A stretch of DNA of 63,911 nt, filler included, from Blastocystis sp. subtype 4 (lineage: Eukaryota), in assembly GCF_000743755.1 (NCBI RefSeq). It is 13 parts of 13 records of this genome, joined end to end, with 100 filler letters (N's around TTAATTAATTAA, not from the genome) between each part and the next. Parts side by side here need not be neighbours in the genome. Positions count along the whole stretch, not along the records: positions 1 to 4,858 come from NW_014569057.1; positions 4,959 to 9,684 come from NW_014569056.1; positions 9,785 to 14,512 come from NW_014569055.1; 10 more parts are not named here. One strand, given 5' to 3'. The stretch's first letter is position 1. Each line of letters opens with the position of its first letter. This document shows, in pieces, positions 1 through 11,533 of the stretch. Under the pieces are notes generated by a model. That model had not been told where the DNA came from and ran no database searches. It saw nothing but the letters and a program-made list of their open reading frames with translations. The translations under genes were made by a program, and so were the position numbers.

Positions 1-373
1 TACACAAGCCACTTTATCAATTCAGATACGAAAGGGACGATGTGTTGCAGAAGGAGTGTTTCCTGTAACGAATGTTGGTGAAGTGGCTGAATATGAATGT
101 GCTTCTCAAGGAAGTTATGTGGGTACTCAGAAGCGTGCTTGTGTGTTAGGAAGTGAAGATGGAGAATGGCAGAAGGCATCTGGAGTATGTATGCCTATTG
201 TTGTTATTGTGATTGGTGTGATTGTGGTGATAATGATTATTGTTGTTGTGTTCTTGATGATGAGAACTGGAAAGAAAGCAAAGGCAGTGGGTGGAGTGAA
301 AGGAAAGAAATCGGTGAAGTCTGTGAAATCGCAGAAGTTTACAAAGACTTCGGTAAAGAAAGTGAAAGTCTAA
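1..373 (+). CDS. C-terminus of a large surface-protein family member (Cys-rich module, TM helix, Lys-rich tail), partial
   Basis: ORF 56..373 has a hydrophobic IVVIVIGVIVVIMIIVVVFL segment and a basic tail; TGTTTGTT at 390-397. Confidence 0.75.
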   Translation, partial: TQATLSIQIRKGRCVAEGVFPVTNVGEVAEYECASQGSYVGTQKRACVLGSEDGEWQKASGVCMPIVVIVIGVIVVIMIIVVVFLMMRTGKKAKAVGGVKGKKSVKSVKSQKFTKTSVKKVKV

Positions 374-498
374 TTCTATGAAGAGTGATTGTTTGTTGAA
401 ACTGATGTGTTATTGTACTAGAGAATGGTTATGAACTTGAATTCTAGACTTGAATGGATCCAATAGGATGTGTTGGGAATGTAACAAACTCTGGATTC

Positions 499-660
499 TT
501 AGTAACAGTTGTAGTTCTTGACAGTCTTCTTGGAAACCTTCTCCCTTGACTTCATCCACAGTTCGTTTCCTGTTACTAAGTGGATGAGCGTCAACACAAT
601 CACAATGATGATCACCAGAATCAAGATAGACAAATGAATCTTAAGATATTCTACCATACT
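499..660 (-). pseudogene. Degenerate TM + basic tail of a probable surface-protein paralog, cut at the viral terminus at 661
   Basis: ILILVIIIVIVLTL...KSREKVSKKTVK resembles the tail of the 1..373 gene. Confidence 0.45.
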
Positions 661-919
661 AGTAGTAGTGTTTTGACACATCACGTAAGATAAAAAGCAG
701 ACAAACCGTTTCCAATATAGGCCTTCAACTCTGGGTAGCTAACAGGGAAATGCCAGGCAAATGGAAGCCTCCTTTTACCATTTCAAGCCAACTTGTAGGT
801 CAATTAAAGTAATATGTGTGTCATGGTCTGAAAGTCAGTTCAACCAAAGATTGAACCAACTGTGTAGCAGTATGGGCAAATAAGGGCAAGAATTTGTCGT
901 TAAAGGAAATACTATTCAA

Positions 920-1925
920 TAATCATTCAAGGTAAACCATTGAATGGATCATTCACATGGGACAATCCTTATCGATTTAACAATCCATACATTACAATCA
1001 TCAAAGTACTATTCACACCTACTTCAACATCAGATGTTCTATTCTCAAACATTGATCAAATCAATACTGTTTCTAATAGTAAAGGAGAATCTGTTATGTT
1101 TGATAAAGGATACTATACTCTGTCTCAAGTTATCGTAATGCTCAATCAAATGCAATACATTATTCTCAATGTTCAATGTAATTACAAGTTTTGGATGTAT
1201 CCAGATGAATTCCAGTAGTTCAATCGATTTCTCTCAAGCATCTTATATCATCGATATTCTGGGTCTAAAAGAAAAGGTGTATGAAGAAGGTTCCCATACA
1301 GGAACTAATATCATTGATATCACTAGAAACAGAAAAGTGATTCAAGTATAGTCTTCACTTGTATGAACATGTGATTTGAAGATTGCCAACCAGAACAACA
1401 ATTGATTATTACAATGATCATTGATGACCTCAATCCAGATACTTGAATTCGATTGAAGAAGTGAATATTCCTATGATCAATCGATTTGATCGTATCTACT
1501 TTTCATTCAAGGATTTGGATGGTAATCTTATGCAATTGAATGGTGATTTTGAACTTCAATTGACTATTGATGATGGTATTCAAGACACACAAAGTGAAGA
1601 TGATTCATGTTCACAACTCTCTTTATCTCAAGGATGTAACGAATACAAGACAGAAGTGAAATTGGATAATCCACTTTCATTCAAGAAGTGTTCCATTTCT
1701 TCAATATCGATATACACTGATTTCCAGTTGTAGAATGTGAATGAAGAACAGATTGTTGATAATAGAACAGAACATTGAATAATTACAATTCCTCAGGGTT
1801 GATATGAGATTGAAGAATTGATATCAATGTTAAACTGTAGTGATGTGATGTTTGAATTGATATACAATGGTGAGAATGCCTTCAGAATATCTGCAAATTA
1901 CTTCTATACACTCGATTTCTCCTAT
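920..1925 (+). pseudogene. Penton/minor capsid protein-like relic with two tandem jelly-roll-like units
   Basis: KGYYTLSQVIVMLN, DITRNRKVIQV and FKDLDGNLMQLNGDFELQLTI align by eye to 20368..21051; second unit IPQG*YEIEELISMLN; stops and frameshifts. Confidence 0.65.
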
Positions 1926-1974
1926 CTAATCTGATTTCTCAAAACTAACTATCAAAGATGGCACAACCATCTTC

Positions 1975-2285
1975 ATCATAATCATCACCTTCATCTCTTC
2001 TAGTTCAATCATTCTCTTCAGAGATGGTATCAAAACAAGTCGATTGTTATCTTCATGATAGAAGATGTGTCTGGTTCGTACAGCTTTCATAAATGGTCCA
2101 TCTCCTACATCTATCTCTTGATTTGTCAATGAATTCAATACTCTTTTTCTTCAATTCTTCTTCTTTCTTCCATGAATCCGTTTTGAGATCCTATTTATTC
2201 CTTTTGAATACAATCTATAGTATGTCACTGACTTATACTCCATACCATGTCTCTTGGAATTGGGACTTGATATGTAGAATTTCAT
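1975..2285 (-). pseudogene. Relic homolog of the viral NPxT-repeat protein at 36541..36939
   Basis: NSLTNQEIDVGDGPFMKAVRT...EDNNRLVLIPSLK vs NPLTNREINVGDNSFMVAIRT...EDNNKLVLIPSLK. Confidence 0.8.
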
Positions 2286-2328
2286 ATTCCTTTATTCATA
2301 CAAAATGAAATCAAATATTGAAATGAGT

Positions 2329-2661
2329 TTAAAACTGATATACATCAAACAGGGATGTTCATTCATTCTTATCAATCATTCTCATCTGTTTCATATTCAA
2401 ATGCTCAAACTTACCAAACTTGTTATTGAACACATTTCCTGTTAAGATCAAATCTATTCTATCATTCTTCAAGTTCATCAATTTCACATTTATCAATTCA
2501 TTCTTGTTCTTATCATATAGTTTGGTTGAATCTGTGATGAAAGAAGTGATTGTATCATCCTTAATCTAATCATTCTTACAATCATTTGTATCACTCAAGA
2601 ATTGAATAACAATCTGATCATGTTTATTACTAGATACAAACTTGATGTAATTCTTCATTCT
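2329..2661 (-). pseudogene. Relic homolog of the viral SSB-like protein at 35994..36485
   Basis: KNYIKFV...QFLSD...TKLYDKNKNELINVKLMNLK...DLILTGNVFNNKFG...FDVYQF with one internal stop. Confidence 0.8.
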
Positions 2662-2999
2662 GTAAACACTATAAACACTACTTAGATGCCCTAGAGGGCA
2701 CTTTACGTCCACGCCATTCAGGCCTCGAACTAGTTCCCGAGTAATACTAATCTCCAGCGATTGTTTGACATTCATGAACCCAACCACTAGCTATCACAGA
2801 GATTAGGGTGATACCATTCAATGAAGAATAGTATCATTGTCACCCTTAATAACAACCACCATCGGGTAACATTATCTCAAATAGACATTCTTCCCATACC
2901 GTACCACATAGTCTAATTTGAGATAGTCGATGAACACCATTTCAATCACAAGAGAACAGAGTTCTTACATGATAGCAAACTCAAGGAATCCAGAACAGA

Positions 3000-4858
3000 G
3001 CCTGATAAGATCATGAAGCCCCTCAGGAAAATAATGAACAACACTACTACACAAGATATCCTGAATCCCTGTTGTTTACTACCAACAAGCAACTGACGGT
3101 AATTTCACCGCACAAAAACTCCTCAAGTAAAACCAGATAATAACTAAAAAAACATAACCAAAAAACAAAAAGCACACTCCATGAGACCATGGAATGAAAA
3201 AGGTGAACTCAAGGAGAAAGGCAAAAGGGTCGGTAAACAAAACTTGCTGATAAAGGGAGGAAACTATAGGAGAAAAGCCCGAAGACAGAAAAACTCCTGT
3301 ATAAAAACTCCCAAAACAATCCATATAAACAAAACGACCCAAAATCCATGTTGAGGATCGAGAACCGACCCTATGATAACAGGAACCCAACACCGATACT
3401 GATACCAATACCAATATCAGTATCACCACCACTCGCCAAAGAGCCAAGAACCATTACCATTTACCTATACTCAAAATTCAAGAACCCAGAGTCAAAACCA
3501 AGAACCAATGAACCAAGACTCAAGGGCCAAGAACAATGAGCCCATGAGCAGAAACCAGAACCAAAGAGCGAGACCCATAGAACCAAGGTTCAAGATCCCA
3601 AGACCATAACCAACTAACAAAGGATCAAGAACTAAGTACTATGAGCGAATCCAATACACCGAATCAAGGCTCCAAGAAACTATGGTCCGAGGGCAAAGGA
3701 CGAATGACGTGAACCATTTGGCAATACCACATAATGAGCCAGCATGAAAATGAGTCAATATGACTGAGTAAGGCTCAAGGGCAACAAGGAACCATTTATG
3801 AGTAATACAACATGAAGCAATGGTTAGGAGTCGGAGATCCAGAACGAAGACATAAGAATGAAGAATCAAGGACGAGCACGATGAATGAAGGTCCAGGTAC
3901 TAGAATACTCAGGTTGGTCAATAACAACTTCGAGAGTCAAAATCAGGAGCCAAAGAAGGAAGATAAATGAATAACAGCTGAAAGCCAAGAATCAAGGATC
4001 AGGAGCCAGGAATCAAGTTTCAAGGACCAAGAGTGAAACCAAATACCAAGAAACCTACCTAGACTCAAATCTCAACCCAAATAACCAAGACTCAAGGACC
4101 AAGAATCAGGATGAAGAACCAAGATCAATGAGTCAAAAACGAAAACCGAAATAACCAAGACTCAAAGACTTAGTTTCCAGATCCAAAAACAAAACCACCA
4201 ACAAAGGCTCAAGGGCCGAGCAAAGGCTCAAGGGCCGAGTTTGAAGAGCCAAAACGCAAACCAAGAAGCAGGACTGAAGAAGCAAAGAACAATAGCCGCA
4301 ACCAGCACTATGGTCCAAGGGTCAAGGACGAATGACGAGAACCATTGGGACAATATGATAGCGAGGTTGAAAAGGCAAAGAGTGATTAAAGAAGTAAGGG
4401 TGGAGGGAAGCAAAAGAGCCATTGATCGATAATACAGGAGGCAGAATGGAGACCCAAAGGACAAAAGCGAAGAGCCGAATCTGAATACAAAAATGAAGAA
4501 GTATGATGAATAATAACTTAAAGAGGCAAAATGAAGGACAAGAGAATGAAGATAAAGAGTTATGGTTGAATGCAAAAACGAAGAAGTATTAGGAACAACA
4601 AGTTAAGCCCAGGATAAAGGATGAAGGATGAAGAGTAAAGAAGAAGAACCAAGAAGTATGAGCCAAACAAGAGTACACCAAGACTCAAAGATCCAGATTC
4701 GAGATCAAAAACAAAGACCAAATAACGAAGAGTCAAGAATCAGGGACCAAGAGTGAAAAACCAAAACCAAGAGTCAAGGACCAAGAAGTATTAGTCAAAA
4801 ACCATAGACCAAGAACAAGGACTCAAAGAGCTGGTTTCAAGACTAAAACCAAGAGTAC
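3000..4858. repeat. Degenerate strand-biased short-repeat tract (ACCAAGA / CAAGGACCAAGA / GACTCAA units)
   Basis: Many imperfect copies; the ORFs here are low-complexity artefacts. Confidence 0.65.
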
Positions 4859-4958
4859 NNNNNNNNNNNNNNNNNNNNNNNNNNNNNNNNNNNNNNNNNN
4901 NNTTAATTAATTAANNNNNNNNNNNNNNNNNNNNNNNNNNNNNNNNNNNNNNNNNNNN
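4859..4958. other. Artificial contig spacer (N44-TTAATTAATTAA-N44). The same spacer recurs at 9685, 14513, 19331, 24162, 28944, 33723, 38507, 43265, 50316, 55092 and 59787
   Basis: Identical 100-nt N blocks with a six-frame stop linker; genes are cut off at each one. Confidence 0.97.
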
Positions 4959-4975
4959 AGGGATTAATTCATTTT

Positions 4976-5186
4976 GGAGTAGGAGGAGTAGGAAGAGTAG
5001 GTTGAAATTTCAATTAGACAAAAAGTTTTGGTAGAATTCTTGTTAAGAAATAGAAAAACCCAACCTACTCCACCTACTCCACCTACTCCAACATCAAATA
5101 TTCCTCATAATGAATCTATTTTATGGGCTATTCTAAAGAATGTTGGAGTAGGTTTGAAATTTGAGACTACTCCTGAAACCTACTTC
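4976..5186. repeat. Inverted iteron-like arrays GAGTAGG x3 / CCTACTCCA x3, plus further copies
   Basis: Direct reading: 4976-5002 faces 5063-5090 across an AT-rich spacer. Confidence 0.7.
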
Positions 5187-5599
5187 GATTATACTAAACC
5201 CTAATAACAAGAATATATTGAAAAATCCAAATTCTCCAATTCACTTCATTTCTCAGAAGTTTTAAAACATCGACACCCATGCCCATTTATCGACACCCTT
5301 AAAACAATCCTGCTAAATCTATTTGTTACCCCATAATCATGGTATTATTGAGACATTACTTAACAACAATCTCCCTTATTTCTATTCAGTTATATGAACA
5401 CCAAAATTAGACCATATTTTTGGTCACAGTTTTTTAGCGTTTGTTCGTCACACTGTTACTGCACCATCTTTTAGTGTCAGAAAGTTTGTTTGACTTTGTT
5501 CACATTTACTTAACCATTTTGCACTCCTTTTTGAGCGTCAGCTCAAGGAGGTGCGGCGCTTGCGCCGCGCCCTCCGCAGAGCACGCACGGCCTCAGGCC

Positions 5600-6049
5600 T
5601 CTGCAATTATTCGTATTCTCTATCATTACTCTTTGCTCATTCTTGAGCTTGATTATTGCTATTCATCTCTTTCAGTCTGGATTATCTAACATGAGATTCA
5701 TGTTTCAAGTTACTACAACTCTTCTTTCATTGATCATCCTATCTCTTTACCTCAATTTGGTCAATATGATCGAAATCGTAGTTGATTGGTCAATTGTCTG
5801 ATATCTAGAGTATGATTATGATGATATTACCTATCCAATTCCTTTCAATCAACTCTATAACTCCATTGATTCTCGTTATGTTAACTTTGGAAAGGATCAT
5901 GATTTGCCATCTTTTGTTCTTACTGGATCTATTCTTTCCTTTTCTGTTCAAGCATCTGATGTATTATTGATGACAGGAGCTACAGATAATCATGCTCTTG
6001 GTTCATTCAATTGTATGTATTCTATGATTCTTGTGAATCCATATGCAAC
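5600..6049 (+). pseudogene. DUF1647-like gene, 5' part interrupted by the hAT element
   Basis: LLMTGATDNHALGSFNCMYSMILVNPYA is paralogous to 9448..9684. Confidence 0.5.
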
Positions 6050-8720
6050 CAGACCTCCAAGTATTGCGGCAATCGGCAAGGCCAAGAATTGGCACCGACA
6101 CTGTGTCATTAGAATTGCCGATTACCGCAATTACCTAATGCTTCTTTTATCTGTAATTGATTGTTTGCAAACAACTTTCTTTAACTCAATTGTATTTAGG
6201 AATCAATGTCGTTCCTTTTTCTTTAAGATAATCATATTCACTCAAGTAGTGTCTCAGGAGAGCCAGTCTTCCACTTTTCTCACAACAAGTGGAATTCTGC
6301 TTAACTCGCAGTAAGCATCGAAGTGTATCTGTAGAAAGGCAGCTTCTTCTCGGTTGTAATATCAGACTTTGAACAGAAAAGGATCTCTCCACTGCTGCTG
6401 AAGATGCAACTTGACAAACCTGATCCCGATAGATAGTTGCTAACACTTGATATTTCCAGGAATTGAAGATAAAGTACTGATTAACAGAGATACCAATACG
6501 CGAGTCAGTATCTCCCAGATAAGTGAGAATGTCCTTATCTGCTATATTACAGAGACGATTGATCTCATTTATGGAGACGAGCGGATTCTTCGCAGTTAAT
6601 AACTTCCGAATGTCTTTCTTCACTAAATAGATGAACTTTTGCGTTTCAGGATCCAATGTTGTCTTCATATCTACCTTCAAATTGAGATGATCATAGAATA
6701 GACTATATAGATGCTTTGAAGTCCTTTTGAATAGCCCCTTGTCATCAATAAACAATTGACCATTATCTTTCTGATTCAGAAAGAATAATTCATCTCCTTC
6801 TTGGGCATGACTCATGTAATGGTCTCGAATACTTTTCAACAGAGGAATTACATTCATCTGAAGAGTAGTGTCAGCTTGACAAATAGCGATTCCTTGAACC
6901 AATGGTGAAGATAACATACTGCTCTCAGATGCTCCCTTCTATCAATCTTTCTCATTGAAGCCATGAATTCATTCTTCTTTTGTTTGCTATAGGCAGTAGG
7001 GTTCTGTTCCATATCCTTATATAAAGCTTTCATAGACTCATACAGCAAATAGAATCTTCTCATAACTAAAACTGCACTATACCACCGCGTTTTACAGTAT
7101 GATAGGAGTTTATATAGCTTTTTCCTCTTTCTCTTAGGAATCCAAAGATCAGGAGCAACAATACAACTATCGTTAGCATCACTATTATCGCTGGAGTCAT
7201 CTGAGTCATCCACTGAGTCATTAGGGAGAGTATTGTCTTTGATATCATTCTCCATACTCATATCATCAATCCATATGTGTTCCATTTCATTCCTTTCATA
7301 GAGTGATTCATGGACATACTGAACGATTGGTCCTTCATCAAGATTACCTATAGATAACCAAACGCTCCAAGAAATACTCCTATTCTCATAACACCAGGAC
7401 CACTCAAGGATCTGAGGAATTGGCTCAAACGGTGAGATTTGTTGGAATTCCATCATTCTGTTGTAGAGAATCTTGGAGGATAATACACAGGCATTTGCTT
7501 CACGCACCTAATAATGAGAGAGATAATCATCTATAACATTATTCCAAAGAGTCTTTAGAGGCTCCTGTTTCAACATCTTCTTGAGTATTCCATTCAGATA
7601 ATGTGATACACAAGGAATACGAGGTATACTCCTTCCACAATGAGCTTTCACAAAATCCTCGGTTCCTCGCATGACACTACAGTTGTCTGTTGCATAAGCC
7701 ACAACATCAAGACCCAGTTAACGCATTCACTTGATCAGCTATTGCCTTCCCAACATCACTAGATGCTCTTGTTTCCACTAATACTGTCCCAAAAGAAAAC
7801 GTTCACCCCTCTCATATCAATATCACTATCCGCTGCTAACACGAAATTGTAATAAGAACAATGATTCTTCCTCATCTCATCAGCAACTAGAGTCACTTTA
7901 AAGCCCATTAGTTGATTCACAACAAAATCCATCACCTTCTTTGCAGTATGAGGAAGCAGCTTATTACAGAATGTCGTTGAACTGACTCTACGAAATCCAG
8001 GCGCACAAGATTCCATGAATATTCTCCATTAAGGAGGATCCAACAGAGAGAGAGACAAATTGGCATTTGAAGCAAATAACACCAAATCATCATTGCTTGT
8101 ATCAGTTCGTTTCACGTAATGATCCATTGTTCCTTCCTCCTTATGACTCTAGAGGTTGTGAACGAATTACAATTATACTCGTTTCAAGATTTCATGCTAC
8201 AAACTACATCAATACTATTATTCATCATCTTAGTGTTGTAGGTGCTCACAATCTACTATTAACTCCATTCTAAAATGTTACATCCTTTATTGTAACTGAG
8301 TAAACGGAATAATCATTCGAGAAATGACTTTTGATATGGTTGATGCATTTCTTCTTATCCGCAGAAATCAGTTTCTTACATATGAAACCTGGAATTGAAC
8401 ATAGCATACAGTCATATACATGTTACTTTACATCTATTACTCTTTGAGTATAGAATCATCCTCTTATCCCCAGAGAATACCTCAATATACTTATCATCAG
8501 GCCTCTTCATAGGATCAGTAGCCATAGCTTTGCCATAATTGACTAAGATGGTCTGATACAATCTCCGATGAAGGCAGTTCCATTCCCCTTTTCTCTAAAC
8601 AAGTCTTTAGTAGTTCCGTTTGTCTGTTAACAAATAAACGATCTATATCATATTAATGGCGGCATTGCGGCAATCAGCACAGCATGTCAATACCCCATTG
8701 CCGCAATATTTGGAGGTCTG
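6050..8720 (-). mobile_element. hAT-superfamily DNA transposon
   Basis: 24-bp TIRs CAGACCTCCAAGTATTGCGGCAAT (6050-6073) and 8697-8720, 23/24 match; transposase inside. Confidence 0.9.
6186..8430 (-). pseudogene. hAT transposase, disrupted
   Basis: BED-like CMLC...H...H near 8330-8420; LVADE; ATDN; CVSHYLN; TRWYS; dimerisation motif ASSAAVERSFS; 30-nt intron 7508-7537; frameshift near 6900 and stops. Confidence 0.85.
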
Positions 8721-9447
8721 CTCCCCTTCTTGGATAAGTCTATTTGGGAATTCTGAACAAAGAGGAGGATATGTTTGGAAAATGGATTCAAAATGATACA
8801 CCAAACTACTTGACAAATACAGTGTAGTCGTCTCAGTGTATACATTCAACCTTTGCAATCAATCAATATCAATGTTCATGAATCTTTAGTCAGTAAACAA
8901 TCACAAATATCAATCCATAGTAGCATTAATACTCTTACTCTGTAATGCTATTCAATATGTGATACAACTCTTTGTGCAGTAATAGGAGTTAGAATATAAA
9001 GTGTTTTCTCTCGTAGTGTTCAGGCTTCTAGTGATAATTGTTTTCATATCGTTTGTTATTGATATGACTAGTATGAAGCAAAATAGATTATTCATTGACT
9101 GAAGAATAATTCTATTCTCATTGAAGATTATGTATTCAATAATATAATCGAATGGTATTGTATCTCATCACAGTTCTTATTCTTTATCTTAATTGCTTTC
9201 TCTCCAGATATCAATTATGTAGTAATCATCATATCAGTGAACAGTAGCATCATCTATTCAATTGATAGGAGTTGGGATGAGAAGGAAATCAGAGATAACT
9301 TTATCATCACTATTTGTGAATGCTTCAGTAAATAGTGGAGACAATGATGGATAATCACTACTAGAATATGATTATGAAGATATTAAGTATCCTATTCCAT
9401 TCAATGAACTTGTTGGAAAGAAAGAGAATCGTTATGTAGATTTCAAT

Positions 9448-9684
9448 GTGACGAGAGAAGGATTTCCTTCTTTCCTCAACTTTGGAGTTGTTCAAACTTC
9501 TCTCAATCCTGATAATGAATATGTAATTGTGACAGGTGCTTCACAGAATCATGTTCTATCGTTAGTGAATCTATTGTATTCCACTTTGTTAGCTAATCCT
9601 TATTCTCCTCTTGTCATTGTGGATTATGGAATCTATGAAGCTGGATTGATGTATCTACTATCCAATATTACTCAGATTCACTTG
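9448..9684 (+). CDS. DUF1647-like protein, partial
   Basis: VIVTGASQNHVLSLVNLLYS...PLVIVDYGI fits the VTAASxNH...YDLG pattern. Confidence 0.55.
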
Positions 9685-9784
9685 NNNNNNNNNNNNNNNN
9701 NNNNNNNNNNNNNNNNNNNNNNNNNNNNTTAATTAATTAANNNNNNNNNNNNNNNNNNNNNNNNNNNNNNNNNNNNNNNNNNNN

Positions 9785-10107
9785 ATGTAAGGTAAATCAA
9801 CGGCAAAATTATTGTCCCATATTGCTGGTAGGGTTGCTGACCATTGTAAGCCATTGTTAACGTGTGTCAATTATTTTGTGCTTCATTGTTGCCCATGATT
9901 TGACTTGAAATGGGTTGGATATGTTTCCAAATTATTATCAAAATGTCTGTCTTTTCGAGCTTGTTTATGGGCCTTTTTGTCTGCATTTTACTGGCGATTT
10001 TGTCTGGTAGGGTTAAGCGTGTATAGCTACCCAGGGTTGGAGGCCCATGTTTGCGACAGTTTGTCTGGATGAAAAAAATACGTAACATGCGTCAAAACAC
10101 TACTACT
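9785..10107 (-). mobile_element. Polinton/Maverick-like terminal inverted repeat (right end as written)
   Basis: Minus strand reads AGTAGTAGTGTTTTGACGCATGTTACGTA...CAGACAAA...GGGCCTCCAACCCTGGGTAGCTATAC. Confidence 0.8.
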
Positions 10108-10450
10108 TACTGGTTATTCGTATAAGTGATTTGGATTCGAGTCACTTGGATATGTGTGATTGTTATGGTGAATCAGTATCAATCGCTTCTGACATCTAAA
10201 TCAGCATCCGGTTAAGCGTGAATAGGAAAGTTTTTATCACTCAACTATCAAATTAGTACATACAATTGTCAGTATAAGGTGGCAACGCCTCCTCTCCCGA
10301 CCGAACCTGACAGCTATCAGGCATTTTGTAAGTCCTTTCTGTAGTTATTCTATTAGTGAATATGGTAGTGATGGTTTTTGTCATGACTTGATTATGTTCA
10401 ATGAAACATTGTGACTCCAAAGAATCAATAGGTAGTATCATCTTAAGTTC

Positions 10451-10749
10451 TTAGCACTCGCATATGGCCTGTAAGCACTTCACGACACCGAAGATGAAGG
10501 CAATAACAAGGAAGAGTCCCAAGAAGTAACCAATGAAATAGGCAACTTCTCCTTCACCAACATTAGCAAGAGTCGTATTCATAGCATCATCCTTAAGGTT
10601 CTCACAAACTGTTCCACCTAGAGATAAGAACCGGTGATCCTCCTACTGAACATGATAACAGACAAAAGTATGGACAGAATAGACATGGTAATAATAATAA
10701 AAGATAATATGACTCGAATGATAATGAATGGCGTTTCGTGCAGCTGCAT
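10451..10749 (-). CDS. Small membrane protein, hypothetical
   Basis: Frame ...EGEVAYFIGYFLGLFLVIAFIFGVVKCLQAICEC*; 5' structure uncertain. Confidence 0.35.
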
Positions 10750-11533
10750 TTTGTTATCTCATTTGTTACCCCTCCAATGAGGAATTAGAAATTGAAAGGT
10801 GATTCAGGAATCACTATGCCCAACGAGAGACACCAAAGGATATGAACGCAATACTAGTAGTCATATGGAGCGATATGGGAGATTCCAATCTGGATGTCAT
10901 CTTCAAGTATCATTGTTACTTCCTCACCAAACATATAACCATCATATTCCATTGGCAATACGTACTCCAGGGAATAAACCGAACTATCATTCTAGTTATT
11001 ACTCCAAGTTCCTTACAACCAAACGAACCTTTACACCAAACTGTAGTAACGAAATAGGCAACTACAAATGTCCCAAACTACAGCAAATGCAAAGGAGTAC
11101 TAACAATACCTATTATCTAGTTGTATAAGAACCAAGAGATTGATACAAATGGAAAAACGATCGGATTGGTATCATTCACTCCCAAGTCAGAATATGTGAA
11201 TTCGAAATGTTGAGATTTGTAGAGGCTCTGTATATCAACGTTCATCTTTCACTTCGTTAGGTTTCATTGATTATGGATTGTTCAACACATTTAGATCATC
11301 TCACTTATTATCTTGATACTATTAAATTCTATGTTCATATCACAAACCAATACGATTCTAAGAGTATGGATGTCCAGAAACAGTTATTGGTAGATTTACA
11401 ATCATCTGGAATCAACAAGGAACTGATTGGTTCCAGTTGTTCATCAATGATCTGGAATCATGTTAGAGAGGATCTTGCATAGGAACTGCCACAACAAACA
11501 ACATCAATTCATGATTAACATACAATTTTCATT

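Larger units (their letters stand above)
661..2680 (+). mobile_element. Internally deleted, decayed Polinton/Maverick-like element
   Basis: Starts AGTAGTAGTGTTTTGAC and shares GGCCTTCAACxCTGGGTAGCTA with the termini at 10107 and 35184; holds a penton relic (+) and homologs of the 35994 and 36541 ORFs (-). Confidence 0.75.

Noticed and set aside
655..660. Pairing TIR ends by target-site duplication
   Set aside because: Flanks CATACT (655), TACTGG (10108) and GAAAGA (35178) do not match; the ends are on different contigs
3000..4858. Possible CRISPR-like array or coding ORFs
   Set aside because: No constant repeat with unique spacers, no cas genes, eukaryotic context
4903..4914. TTAATTAATTAA palindrome repeated 12 times
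   Set aside because: Centred in N blocks; an artificial six-frame stop linker. Gene adjacency across linkers carries no biological meaning
5196..5204. TAAACCCTA telomere-like unit
   Set aside because: Single copy only
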